64,000 nt of DNA from Winogradskyella sp. 3972H.M.0a.05. GTDB taxonomy: Bacteria; Bacteroidota; Bacteroidia; Flavobacteriales; Flavobacteriaceae. The position numbers and the translations under genes were made by a program. The stretch spans positions 483,283-547,282 of the forward strand of contig NZ_JANFDA010000001.1 in NCBI RefSeq assembly GCF_040493455.1, written 5' to 3'. Below the pieces are notes generated by a model. It worked only from the letters and a program-made list of their open reading frames with translations, was not told the DNA's origin and did no database searches. Each line of letters starts with the position of its first letter. Position 1 is the stretch's first letter. Positions 29,013 through 37,270 of the stretch are shown piece after piece.

Positions 29013-29085
29013 TGAGATATAGCTTAACTGGTAGAGCGCCGCTCTGATAAGGTGGTAGGTTTAGGTTCAACTCCTAATATCTCAA
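29013..29085 (+). tRNA. tRNA-Ile (GAT)
   Basis: Acceptor tgagata/tatctca, loop ctgataa, T-arm ttaggttcaactcctaa. Confidence 0.85.
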
Positions 29086-29095
29086 CTAATAATAA

Positions 29096-29168
29096 TGAGA
29101 TGTAGCTTAATTGGTAGAGCATCGCTCTCATAAGGCGAAACGTCTAGGTTCGAGTCCTAGCATCTCAA
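29096..29168 (+). tRNA. tRNA with CAT anticodon (elongator Met or lysidine-Ile2; not initiator-like)
   Basis: Acceptor tgagatg/catctca, loop ctcataa. The anticodon stem lacks the 3 G-C pairs of an initiator. The body closely resembles the adjacent tRNA-Ile. Confidence 0.8.
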
Positions 29169-29174
29169 CAATTT

Positions 29175-29249
29175 ACAGGAATGGCGAAAATGGCAAACGC
29201 ACTCGACTTAGACTCGAGGTATCTGAGAGTTCGAATCTCTCTTCCTGTA
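29175..29249 (+). tRNA. class-I-shaped tRNA with Leu anticodon TAG (no long variable arm)
   Basis: Acceptor acaggaa/ttcctgt, D-arm gcg-aaaatggcaaa-cgc, perfect anticodon arm ctcga-cttagac-tcgag. Only 6 nt lie between the anticodon stem and the T-arm gagagttcgaatctctc. A73 is present. Confidence 0.6.
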
Positions 29250-29253
29250 CTAT

Positions 29254-29327
29254 GCTCCACTAGCCCAAATGGCAGAGGCATCAGTCTTAAACACTGAGTA
29301 GTCCAAGTTCGAATCTTGGGTGGAGTT
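29254..29327 (+). tRNA. class-I-shaped tRNA with Leu anticodon TAA (no long variable arm; U73)
   Basis: Acceptor gctccac/gtggagt, anticodon arm tcagt-cttaaac-actga, 5-nt variable loop, T-arm ccaagttcgaatcttgg. Confidence 0.6.
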
Positions 29328-29333
29328 CAACAA

Positions 29334-29410
29334 GCTCATGGTGTAATGGATAGCATTCAAGGCTACGGACTTTGAGGTATGGGTTCGAAATGCAAAGCAT
29401 TCACGAGCTC
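29334..29410 (+). other. non-canonical tRNA-like gene D: tRNA-Arg(ACG)-like body whose T-arm is replaced by the derived 3' module
   Basis: Acceptor gctcatg pairs with cacgagc. D-arm gtgt-aatggata-gcat, anticodon arm caagg-ctacgga-ctttg, then aggtatgggttcgaaatgcaaagcattcacgagctc. Confidence 0.45.
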
Positions 29411-29459
29411 AAATTTATCAAAATGATTATGAGGCGAGCTAGTCCTATTGAGCTTACAA

Positions 29460-29531
29460 TAACCTGTAGTGTAATGGTTAGCATTCAAGACTTTGACTCT
29501 TGAGGTAAAGGTTCAAATCCTTTCAGGTTAT
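29460..29531 (+). tRNA. tRNA-Gln (TTG)
   Basis: Acceptor taacctg/caggtta, D-arm gtgt-aatggtta-gcat, loop ctttgac, T-arm aaaggttcaaatccttt. Confidence 0.85.
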
Positions 29532-29533
29532 CT

Positions 29534-29606
29534 GGTGTCTATAGTGTAACGGCTCGCACGAGAGATTGTGGTACTCTAAGATTAGGTTCGACTCCTAATA
29601 GACACC
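29534..29606 (+). tRNA. tRNA-His (GTG) with encoded G-1 paired to C73
   Basis: G-1 then gtgtcta pairs with tagacac then C73. Loop ttgtggt, T-arm ttaggttcgactcctaa. Confidence 0.8.
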
Positions 29607-29612
29607 CAAAAT

Positions 29613-29685
29613 GGAGCAGTAGCAAAGTTGGTCAATGCAGCAGATTGAAGTTCTGACGATATAGGTTCGATTCCTGTCTGTTCCA
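29613..29685 (+). tRNA. tRNA-Phe (GAA)
   Basis: Acceptor ggagcag/ctgttcc, loop ttgaagt, T-arm ataggttcgattcctgt, A73. Confidence 0.8.
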
Positions 29686-29689
29686 CAAA

Positions 29690-30256
29690 TTTTCATGAAT
29701 TTTTAATTACGCAAAATCATTGCGTAATAGAAATTCACCTTTGTATCAACATTTACCGATAAAGGTAGAATTACGTTCATTGAAATTAAATGAAGTCAAA
29801 GTACTTCATTATAGAAAGAAATCGTCATTAGAAATAATGACGGGGCGGCTTATCGTCCTTAGATAAACTTGGCAACAAGGATAAATCTGCTTGCAGGCAC
29901 TGCGAGTGGAGACTGTTTTCTCTAGAGATCAGTACAGGTAAGCAAGCAACTAACATAAATCATAAAAAGCTAGGGGCAACCGCTGAAGCAAATTAGGATT
30001 TATAGCCAATATTTTTGGAGGCTTGAGGTGGAGACACCAACAGGAAAAGTTGTAGTAATAGGTTACGTATAGGTCATCCAACCTTATGGAGCGTGTTGCA
30101 GTATTAGAGGTACCCGACAAGAAATTGTTCGGTAGCTCAACATACCGTGTGCTGGGAGGCACACAAAGAGAAGGTTGGTATTTTGTAGGCCAAAATCTAC
30201 GGAGCCATTTCCGAAGCCCTTCTCTTAGGCCAGACGATAGTCTATCTCCAACAAAA
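29690..30256 (+). ncRNA. ORF-free structured RNA candidate (hairpin-dense, locally GC-enriched); identity unknown
   Basis: No ORF above about 115 aa and none with a plausible start or composition. Multiple perfect hairpins (ttacgcaa-aatc-attgcgtaa; cgtcatta-gaaa-taatgacg with a GNRA loop; gtag-gccaaaat-ctac; ccgacaag-aaatt-gttcgg). GC is well above the flanking sequence. Confidence 0.35.
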
Positions 30257-30831
30257 TGGGGATATAGCTCAAGTTTAGAGCATTGTATTTTTAACACAAA
30301 GGTTGACTTTATATCTTAAATGCAAAAGACTTCGGACATTACAGCAGCTAGTAGTTGCCTAAACCTATTGAAACATATAGGATGGTAGAGGTCGCAAACC
30401 TATACCATGTGGTGAACATTCTAGTAGGCCGCCTCAAGAGAGGACGCCTATGAATGGTGGGGGAGCCAACCCTCGTAATTGCAAAGCGTGGCCGTAGAGC
30501 CTCTATGCAAGCCAAGTCTAAGTCGCCGAACAGCTGTAATGTAATTAGGCATCGGACAAGTACGTGATTCCCTAAGCGATGGGAAGAGCGTGGAAAACCA
30601 AGGAAGGGCTACGGCTATAATCTTGGGAAAGTTTGTCTACAAGCGGAGGTATTCTCAGCACGCTTTTTTTAAAAATATCAAGCTGGTCTTGTTGCGTGTT
30701 TCTGTATAGCACCATTGTATAGAAGATTGCAGGGATGTATTATGCTTCTATATGCAACTAGACTTGAAGGTTTGGGTTTATCCAAAAAACTCCACCAAAG
30801 TTCAGTGTGGGTTCGAATCCCACTATCTCTA
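30257..30831 (+). other. split tRNA-like gene: intact 5' half (acceptor, D-arm, anticodon arm with loop tttttaa) separated by about 500 nt of structured sequence from a T-arm plus acceptor 3' half; either an intron-containing tRNA or two pseudogene fragments
   Basis: 5' half ggggatatagctcaagtttagagcattgtatttttaacacaa at 30257-30299. 3' half gtgggttcgaatcccac-tatctct-a at 30807-30831. The acceptor halves pair with 2 G-U. The intervening sequence is ORF-free and hairpin-rich, with an internal T7 run at about 30675. Confidence 0.35.
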
Positions 30832-30833
30832 AC

Positions 30834-30941
30834 GGGATATGGCGGAATGGTAGACGCACTAGATTTGAGGTCTAGCGGACAGATGACATTCTCAAAAAAT
30901 GTCTCTTTTAATGTTGCCGGTTCGACTCCGGTCATAAGCTC
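30834..30941 (+). other. degenerate Ser-like (TGA) tRNA-like sequence with an approximately 42-nt variable region
   Basis: D-arm gcg-gaatggtaga-cgc, perfect anticodon arm ctaga-tttgagg-tctag, T-arm ccggttcgactccgg. The acceptor pairs poorly. Confidence 0.35.
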
Positions 30942-30957
30942 GAGAGTAATCTCGCTG

Positions 30958-31025
30958 GCTTTTGTAACTCAATGGTAGAGTACTACGCTGTTAACGTAGC
31001 AGGTCATTATAGACCACTAAAGCCG
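30958..31025 (+). other. degenerate second Asn-like (GTT) tRNA-like sequence with an aberrant T-arm
   Basis: Acceptor ggctttt/taaagcc (6 bp), anticodon arm ctacg-ctgttaa-cgtag. T-arm reduced to ggtc-attata-gacc. Confidence 0.35.
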
Positions 31026-31451
31026 ACCATCTTTTAAAACTGGTCTCACAGCCTGTCACGCTGAAAAAATTGACAAAAAGTGTTGGTTGCCAATTGGCCT
31101 ATTGTATAATACTATTAGTGTTCAATAAAAGGCAATCTCAACATTACCTTGACCTGTTGATTTGTATTGCTCTAAGCAATGACTTTTAGCAGAACGATTA
31201 GATGACATTTTAGAACACCTACTTGTTCTAAAACAACTCTTAGAGAGCTGCGAAAAACTTATTGTAGCAAGCAATACTATGAATAGGTCCGTAATGAAGT
31301 GATGATTGGTAATCGCACTTTTTTAAAGAGAAATAAATTTTTAAAGATAAACTCAGATGCTAAAGTTACTTGTGCTTTAGCATTAGAGCAGGCATAGCCT
31401 CCGTTACAGGAATTGCCGCAAATTAATGTTTAATCATAAAAACTAAGAACA

Positions 31452-32549
31452 ATGAAACAAGTAAGAATTAATGCAGGAAAAGTTGGTTTGGTCTTCAAAA
31501 AAGGGGATTACCAAAAAGTATTGACGCAAGGTAAATACTGGTTAGGCTTTGGACAAGATGTTTATATCTATGACTTAGCCAAGACATTCCACGCTCCCAT
31601 AGCATTAGAGCTCTTAGTAAAGGATAAAACCTTAGAGGCTATGTTGGAGGTTGTTGAGGTAAAAGATAATGAACTGGTATTGGTGTTTGAAAACAACATT
31701 TTAAATACTGTATTATCTGCCGGAAGATATGTGTACTGGAAAGGTTTGGTAGAGCGCGAGTTTACAAGAGTAGACTTAAGCAAGATCGATATTACAGAAG
31801 ATATTGATAAAGCGTTATTCAGCAAGTATGAATTGAATAAGTACATCAGATCTTTTGAAGTCGCTACTCATGAAAAAGCAGTACTTATCATTGATGATGT
31901 GTACGAAAAAACACTTGGGCCAGGTATCTATCGTTTCTGGAGAAACGATACTTCAATTAAAATTGCAAAAGCAGATTTACGTCAATTACAATTAGAAATT
32001 GCAGGTCAGGAATTGTTGACTAAAGACAAGGCTGCTATTCGTATCAACTTTTACACTCAGTACAAAGTAACAGATATTGAAAAGGCACTTTTAGAGAACA
32101 AGGACTACGAAAAGCAATTGTACATTGGAATGCAATTAGTATTGCGTGCTTATGTAGGTACATATACTTTGGACGAACTTTTAGAACGTAAGGATAATAT
32201 TGCCGAGGCTGTATTAGAAGACGTAAAAGAGTTAGCTTCAAAGTTAGGTATCACAGTATTGAACACAGGTATTAGAGATGTAATCTTAACAGGTGAAATG
32301 AAAGACATCATGAACCAGGTACTTGTGGCTCAAAAGAAAGCCCAAGCTAATATCATTACTAGACGAGAAGAAACAGCTTCGACTCGTAGCTTGTTAAACA
32401 CAGCAAAGTTGATGGAAGAAAATGAAATGTTATACAAGTTGAAAGAGATGGAGTATGTTGAAAAAATTGCTGATAAGATTGGTGAAATTACAGTTTCTGG
32501 TCACGGAGGTGTAGTTGCACAATTGAAAGAGATTTTCTCTGGAAAATAA
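31452..32549 (+). CDS. SPFH/band-7 (stomatin/flotillin-like) domain protein with an unknown approximately 190-aa N-terminal domain; no TM helix
   Basis: The C-terminal approximately 170 aa is SPFH-like (AIRINFYTQYKV...NTGIRDVILTGEMKDIMNQVLVAQKKAQANII...). Confidence 0.65.
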   Translation: MKQVRINAGKVGLVFKKGDYQKVLTQGKYWLGFGQDVYIYDLAKTFHAPIALELLVKDKTLEAMLEVVEVKDNELVLVFENNILNTVLSAGRYVYWKGLVEREFTRVDLSKIDITEDIDKALFSKYELNKYIRSFEVATHEKAVLIIDDVYEKTLGPGIYRFWRNDTSIKIAKADLRQLQLEIAGQELLTKDKAAIRINFYTQYKVTDIEKALLENKDYEKQLYIGMQLVLRAYVGTYTLDELLERKDNIAEAVLEDVKELASKLGITVLNTGIRDVILTGEMKDIMNQVLVAQKKAQANIITRREETASTRSLLNTAKLMEENEMLYKLKEMEYVEKIADKIGEITVSGHGGVVAQLKEIFSGK

Positions 32550-32568
32550 GGTGGTGTATTAATTAGTT

Positions 32569-32598
32569 GCGCGAGTCTATGGACTCGCGCATTTTTTA
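32569..32598. terminator. bidirectional Rho-independent terminator between convergent genes
   Basis: gcgcgagtc-tatg-gactcgcgc hairpin followed by attttttatt. Confidence 0.8.
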
Positions 32599-32600
32599 TT

Positions 32601-33809
32601 TTAAAAGAATTTAGAAATTGAAAACCTTAAGAAACTGTCTTCGCTAAAGTTTGAAAGGATAAATTCATTTCGATCAATACTACTGAAAATTCGAGCTTCA
32701 ATTTCTGCGGTCCAAGTGCTTCCAAAACGCCTTGATGCTTCTAAACTGAAAATCTTACTACTAGATTCTAGATCGGCAATACCACCAATTAAAATAGAAG
32801 TATCCTGAGTGTCATTGAAGGCGATTCGACTTCCGAAGAACACATCATTTTGTAATGCATTTAGAGCTAATTCGTCACGATCATCATAAAGATATTCACC
32901 CAATAAACCAATATCTAAACCATTACCATCAATATTACTGAAGGTGTATTCCAATCCTGCCACAAGTGCAAAAAAGTCTTGTGCTTCAGCAGAACGGTAA
33001 ATCGATTCAACCTTCCACAAAAATGCATCATGTGTTACCTGTAAGTCCAATCCTGTTTGATTGATGACAGGATAAAAAGCATTAATATTTCCTTGATTAT
33101 CAAATGTGAACAATGGTTCTCTACCATTGCCGTAAAAATGCGAAAGCCCAATGTCGAAAGCTCCAAAATAATGAGACCACCTTACGGCAAAATCTTGTCG
33201 CCATTCTTCAGCACCACTTTCGTAAGTCAAATCATCTTTATCTATAACTATAGGGAAACGTAGTCGACCTTCTTCTCCGGCAAATGTTCTTTTTCTATGA
33301 TATGGTAAATAGAAAAAGTCAAAGTTTCCGAAGCTATTGGTTGTAATGGTAAATTGTACCATTGGTTGCCCAAGCTTTTCTTCACCATCAAAAGATTCTA
33401 CAGCATCGGTTTGATTGATAATATCTACTAAATGGTTGCTTTCTGTAACACCCCAATAAATCTTTTTCAATCCTACACTAAGCTCCCAATTGTTTTTAGC
33501 TTTTTGGTAATAGAGTTCTCTAATATCCCAATGCGTTCGTGGGTCATCTTGATCGAGCCTGAAGAACCCTGTAAAGTTTATGCTTTCATAACCTTTGTTC
33601 CATTCAACACTATACTCTGGTCGAAATGCAATAGAAGGAAAATGGTCTTTTTGATTTTGAAAAGCCGCGTCGTTATAGAAGTAACGATACTCTGCTTCAA
33701 TTTCTAACTCAAAATCATCAACAAGATCACTCTTTGATTCTTCCTGAGCAGTTATAGATATTGATAAAAGAATTGCAAAAGTGAAAAGGACTCTTGAATA
33801 ATAGTTCAT
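32601..33809 (-). CDS. putative outer-membrane beta-barrel protein
   Basis: Signal peptide; alternating amphipathic beta-strand pattern; C-terminal ...RFSISKFF with terminal Phe. Confidence 0.55.
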   Translation of the reverse strand: MNYYSRVLFTFAILLSISITAQEESKSDLVDDFELEIEAEYRYFYNDAAFQNQKDHFPSIAFRPEYSVEWNKGYESINFTGFFRLDQDDPRTHWDIRELYYQKAKNNWELSVGLKKIYWGVTESNHLVDIINQTDAVESFDGEEKLGQPMVQFTITTNSFGNFDFFYLPYHRKRTFAGEEGRLRFPIVIDKDDLTYESGAEEWRQDFAVRWSHYFGAFDIGLSHFYGNGREPLFTFDNQGNINAFYPVINQTGLDLQVTHDAFLWKVESIYRSAEAQDFFALVAGLEYTFSNIDGNGLDIGLLGEYLYDDRDELALNALQNDVFFGSRIAFNDTQDTSILIGGIADLESSSKIFSLEASRRFGSTWTAEIEARIFSSIDRNEFILSNFSEDSFLRFSISKFF

Positions 33810-33939
33810 TTGTTTAAGAATAAAAGCAATACCGATTAGTCACTGACACATGTAAACTAAATCAACCAACCATCGTTTGTATCATCTAAAAAAATAGAAG
33901 CTGCAACTAATGGTATTGCTTATTGCTATTAAGGGGTTA

Positions 33940-34710
33940 TTAGTTTCCGGCGCGTTTTAAGGCTACCTGTGTAAAATCTTCATCTGTTAAGGCCACATCA
34001 AAATCGTAATCCGAAAATTGTAAAATAGTCTCCTTATTACTTTGATGGTTTACCATTGTAAATGTGCTTGCTCTCCAGAACTTGTTCTTGTAAAGCTTAT
34101 AATCACTGTATGTAAGTGTTTTTAAGAGCGCATTTTTGCGGTCATAAAACTCAGCTTTCTCAATTCTGTAACCTTTGTTTTTATTGTAGGTCACAATTCT
34201 TCTGGTGTAACCAGATTTAGGGTCTACCGGATCTTGTTCCACAATAAGTAAATCACCTTTTTCTTCTAAAAACTTATAGGTATATTTCTCAACTTCTTGT
34301 GATGATAAATCTTCGTAAGCAAACTCACTCCCTACAAAAGGACCAGATTTATTGTTCGATGAGATACGCTTCACACGCTTTATTGACGGTAGGAATAACC
34401 ATTGGTCATCCGATCCAACTTTGTGAGTAAACGTTAGTGTTGAGGTACCTTTTACATCCTTTGGACTATTAAAGACGATCAACGATTTATCCCCATCTTC
34501 GGTTAACTCAAGTGTTTTTGTAGTGAGTAAACGTTCGCTGGTTTGACCATTTTTGTTCTTCAAGATCATCTTTAAGTTCACGGTAGAACTTCCAAATCCT
34601 AAATCGGCTTGTTCCGCTGCTTTAGCAACTTCTAGACCTCTTTCTTCAGCAGATTGAGCGTTGATTCCCAAAGCTGTCGATAATGCTATTATAAAAGCTA
34701 TTTTCTTCAT
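33940..34710 (-). CDS. LolA-like outer-membrane lipoprotein-sorting / lipid-carrier-like protein
   Basis: Signal peptide; about 256 aa. Directly downstream of an MMPL-type exporter. Confidence 0.6.
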   Translation of the reverse strand: MKKIAFIIALSTALGINAQSAEERGLEVAKAAEQADLGFGSSTVNLKMILKNKNGQTSERLLTTKTLELTEDGDKSLIVFNSPKDVKGTSTLTFTHKVGSDDQWLFLPSIKRVKRISSNNKSGPFVGSEFAYEDLSSQEVEKYTYKFLEEKGDLLIVEQDPVDPKSGYTRRIVTYNKNKGYRIEKAEFYDRKNALLKTLTYSDYKLYKNKFWRASTFTMVNHQSNKETILQFSDYDFDVALTDEDFTQVALKRAGN

Positions 34711-34730
34711 TTTTATTTGTTTTAATTGAT

Positions 34731-37106
34731 TTATTTATCTAATGCTAGTTGTGCAGTTCTCTGTTTCTCTTTGGCGTCTTCCTTTTTACTCGTTAAGATT
34801 AATAATGATGGTAAAAGGATGAAATCTATGATTAAAGCTGAAAGAATAATCGTTACAGTAATCCTTGCCATGTAGCTGTTTAGTGCAAATGATGAGGTAG
34901 ACAATACTGCGAATCCTGCTAAGAGTACAATCGTTGTGGTTACCAATGCTTTTCCAACAGTTTCAAAAGCATAAACCACTGCTTGTTTTGAGTCGTAGCC
35001 AAGTTCTCGTTTGGCTCTTAGGAACTTACTCATAAAGTGTACTGTATCATCTACAATAATCCCTAAGGTCATTCCAAAAACGATAACCATACCAGTGTTT
35101 ATCTGTCCTTTGTACAATGCCCAAATACCGAATCCAACAAGAACTGGCGTAACGTTTGGAATGATACTCAGCAATCCAAGTTTAAAGTTTCTAAGCGCTA
35201 CCATTAACACCAATGAGATTAGGATCAAGGCAATAATATTTCCTTTGAACATGCTATCCGCTTGTCTAAATCCTAGCTTAGAGAACATCAATGTTGGGCT
35301 CACACCAATAGCATGCATAGCTTCTGGTGTATTGTTTTTCAACCATTCTTCTCCACGTTTCGAGAATGCAATCATTTCTGCACTCGATACATTTTCTATG
35401 GTCGCAGTTACTCTGGTTTCAGATTTATCAACATTGATCTGGTTGTTTAAATCTAACCCAAACGGTAAAGACAGTTCATATAGCAATAAGTACTGAGCGG
35501 CTTCTTCTCGATTATCAGGCACACGGTAATACGCTTCATCATCGCCATGCATTGAGCGATTTACTCGTCTGGCAACTTCACTAAAAGCATTAACATGAAT
35601 AACTTCTGGTTGTTCATTCAACCAATCTTCAAAATCATTTAGGTTTTTAAGATATTCAGGGTTATTGATACCGCCACTTTCTCCACTACCAATAGAGTAT
35701 TCGATATTATAAATTCCAGTAAGATTTTCACTGATGTAATCTGTATCACTTCTAAACTCTACTGATTCATCAAAATAGTTAATGAACTCATCATTGAACG
35801 TGTTCTTAGTTGCTAAAAATGTCAATGCTGAAATCACCAACACAGAAATGATCGTAAGGTTTACTGGACGTTTAACTACAAAGTTCCCTAAAGAGGTATA
35901 CCACCCAACTTTTTCTTTTGTGGCTTCTTTTTTCGCTTTGGTTTTCACAGGTAACACTGCCATAAGCGCAGGTAGTGTAGTGGTTGAATATAAGAATGCC
36001 ATAAGCATACCAAATGCTGTAATATTACCTAAGTCCCAGAATGGAGGCACGTCTCCAAAGTTCATGGTTAAGAATCCGATGATAGTTGTTAAACTTGTTA
36101 TGAATACTGGCATGAAGTTTAATCTCAAGGACTCAGTTAGTGCATCAAATTTGTTCATGCCATCCTTACGCATTTTTTGCAGCATGGTGATGAGGATGTG
36201 AATACTATCTGCAACTGCTAGCGTAAGAATCATAGTAGGGAATACCGAAGAAGGTGGTGTTAGTTTAATTCCCATAAGCCCAACGAAACCGACTGCGCTC
36301 ATTATTGAGAACATGACTACAACCAAAGTGGCTATTGTGCTATATATGTTTCTTGTAAGAATGAACGTAGTTAGGATTACAATGATGAGCATCACCATAG
36401 TCAATGCCAAATCTCTCATTGATGCCTCAAAGAACGCTGTGTTCAAAGGCACTAAACCAGAAGAGTGAACTTCGAAGTTTGGGTTTTTCTCTTTGAAATT
36501 AGAGATCATATCTCTAACAAAGGCAGTTACTTCAGGGATTTCCGTAGCACTATTTTCTCCAGGTAGTCTTACTGTGATATTTACAGCAGTAACACTTCCT
36601 TTTTCGTTGATAATTCTGTTAACCAATAAAGGTTCTTTTAATGCAATATCTTTTATCTCTGTAATTTCCTCTTCGGTTTTAAGTGAGGACTCATAGGATA
36701 AATCATCAACATATAGATCGTCACCTTCAGCTCTTGTATGTTGAAAGTTTGTAATCGCATCTACTCTAGAAGAGTATGGTGTATTCCATGCTTCTGCAGT
36801 GAGTTCTTCTATAGCGACTAAATTGTCTTTGGTAAAGACATTGCCATTGGAAGGTGAGAGGACGAGAATAACATTATCGTCCTTAGTATATTTTTCTTGA
36901 AGCGCATCAAAGGCTTCCAACTCTGGGTTTGACTTGCTGAAAAATACGTGATAATCACCATCGAACTCCATATTGCCTTGAGAACCGAGTCCCATTGCAA
37001 GAATTAGTGTCGCAACAATGACAGCCCATTTGCGCTTTATGATAAATTCTGCCCATCGTTTGGCAAAACGATTAGAAGCATTTCCCATTCTTTTTAGTGC
37101 ATTCAT
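34731..37106 (-). CDS. RND-superfamily exporter (MMPL/HpnN-like), 12 TM
   Basis: 791 aa; two blocks of 6 TM helices separated by periplasmic domains; MMPL-type architecture. Confidence 0.8.
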   Translation of the reverse strand: MNALKRMGNASNRFAKRWAEFIIKRKWAVIVATLILAMGLGSQGNMEFDGDYHVFFSKSNPELEAFDALQEKYTKDDNVILVLSPSNGNVFTKDNLVAIEELTAEAWNTPYSSRVDAITNFQHTRAEGDDLYVDDLSYESSLKTEEEITEIKDIALKEPLLVNRIINEKGSVTAVNITVRLPGENSATEIPEVTAFVRDMISNFKEKNPNFEVHSSGLVPLNTAFFEASMRDLALTMVMLIIVILTTFILTRNIYSTIATLVVVMFSIMSAVGFVGLMGIKLTPPSSVFPTMILTLAVADSIHILITMLQKMRKDGMNKFDALTESLRLNFMPVFITSLTTIIGFLTMNFGDVPPFWDLGNITAFGMLMAFLYSTTTLPALMAVLPVKTKAKKEATKEKVGWYTSLGNFVVKRPVNLTIISVLVISALTFLATKNTFNDEFINYFDESVEFRSDTDYISENLTGIYNIEYSIGSGESGGINNPEYLKNLNDFEDWLNEQPEVIHVNAFSEVARRVNRSMHGDDEAYYRVPDNREEAAQYLLLYELSLPFGLDLNNQINVDKSETRVTATIENVSSAEMIAFSKRGEEWLKNNTPEAMHAIGVSPTLMFSKLGFRQADSMFKGNIIALILISLVLMVALRNFKLGLLSIIPNVTPVLVGFGIWALYKGQINTGMVIVFGMTLGIIVDDTVHFMSKFLRAKRELGYDSKQAVVYAFETVGKALVTTTIVLLAGFAVLSTSSFALNSYMARITVTIILSALIIDFILLPSLLILTSKKEDAKEKQRTAQLALDK

Positions 37107-37270
37107 AATTTGATTGTTTAGTTGACCAGTCGATTATATAATGTCCTGGTTTGATTAATGATTTGTTTTAGTTTTTTATGTCTATAACGATTCGAAATGA
37201 TCAATTGGGGACAGAATTTCTAACATTCTTTTTATAATTGACCAGTCGTCTATGATTAATTCAAAAAAAA

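Noticed and set aside
31060-31130. Sigma-70-like TTGACA ... TATAAT pair upstream of the SPFH gene
   Set aside because: The spacer is about 29 nt, and Bacteroidota promoters use TTG/TAnnTTTG instead; probably coincidental.
35011-36696. Plus-strand ORFs (161, 139 and 67 aa) antisense to the RND exporter gene
   Set aside because: They are fully contained in a well-supported 791-aa membrane protein gene on the other strand, and their composition is hydrophobic as expected from an antisense TM-coding region.
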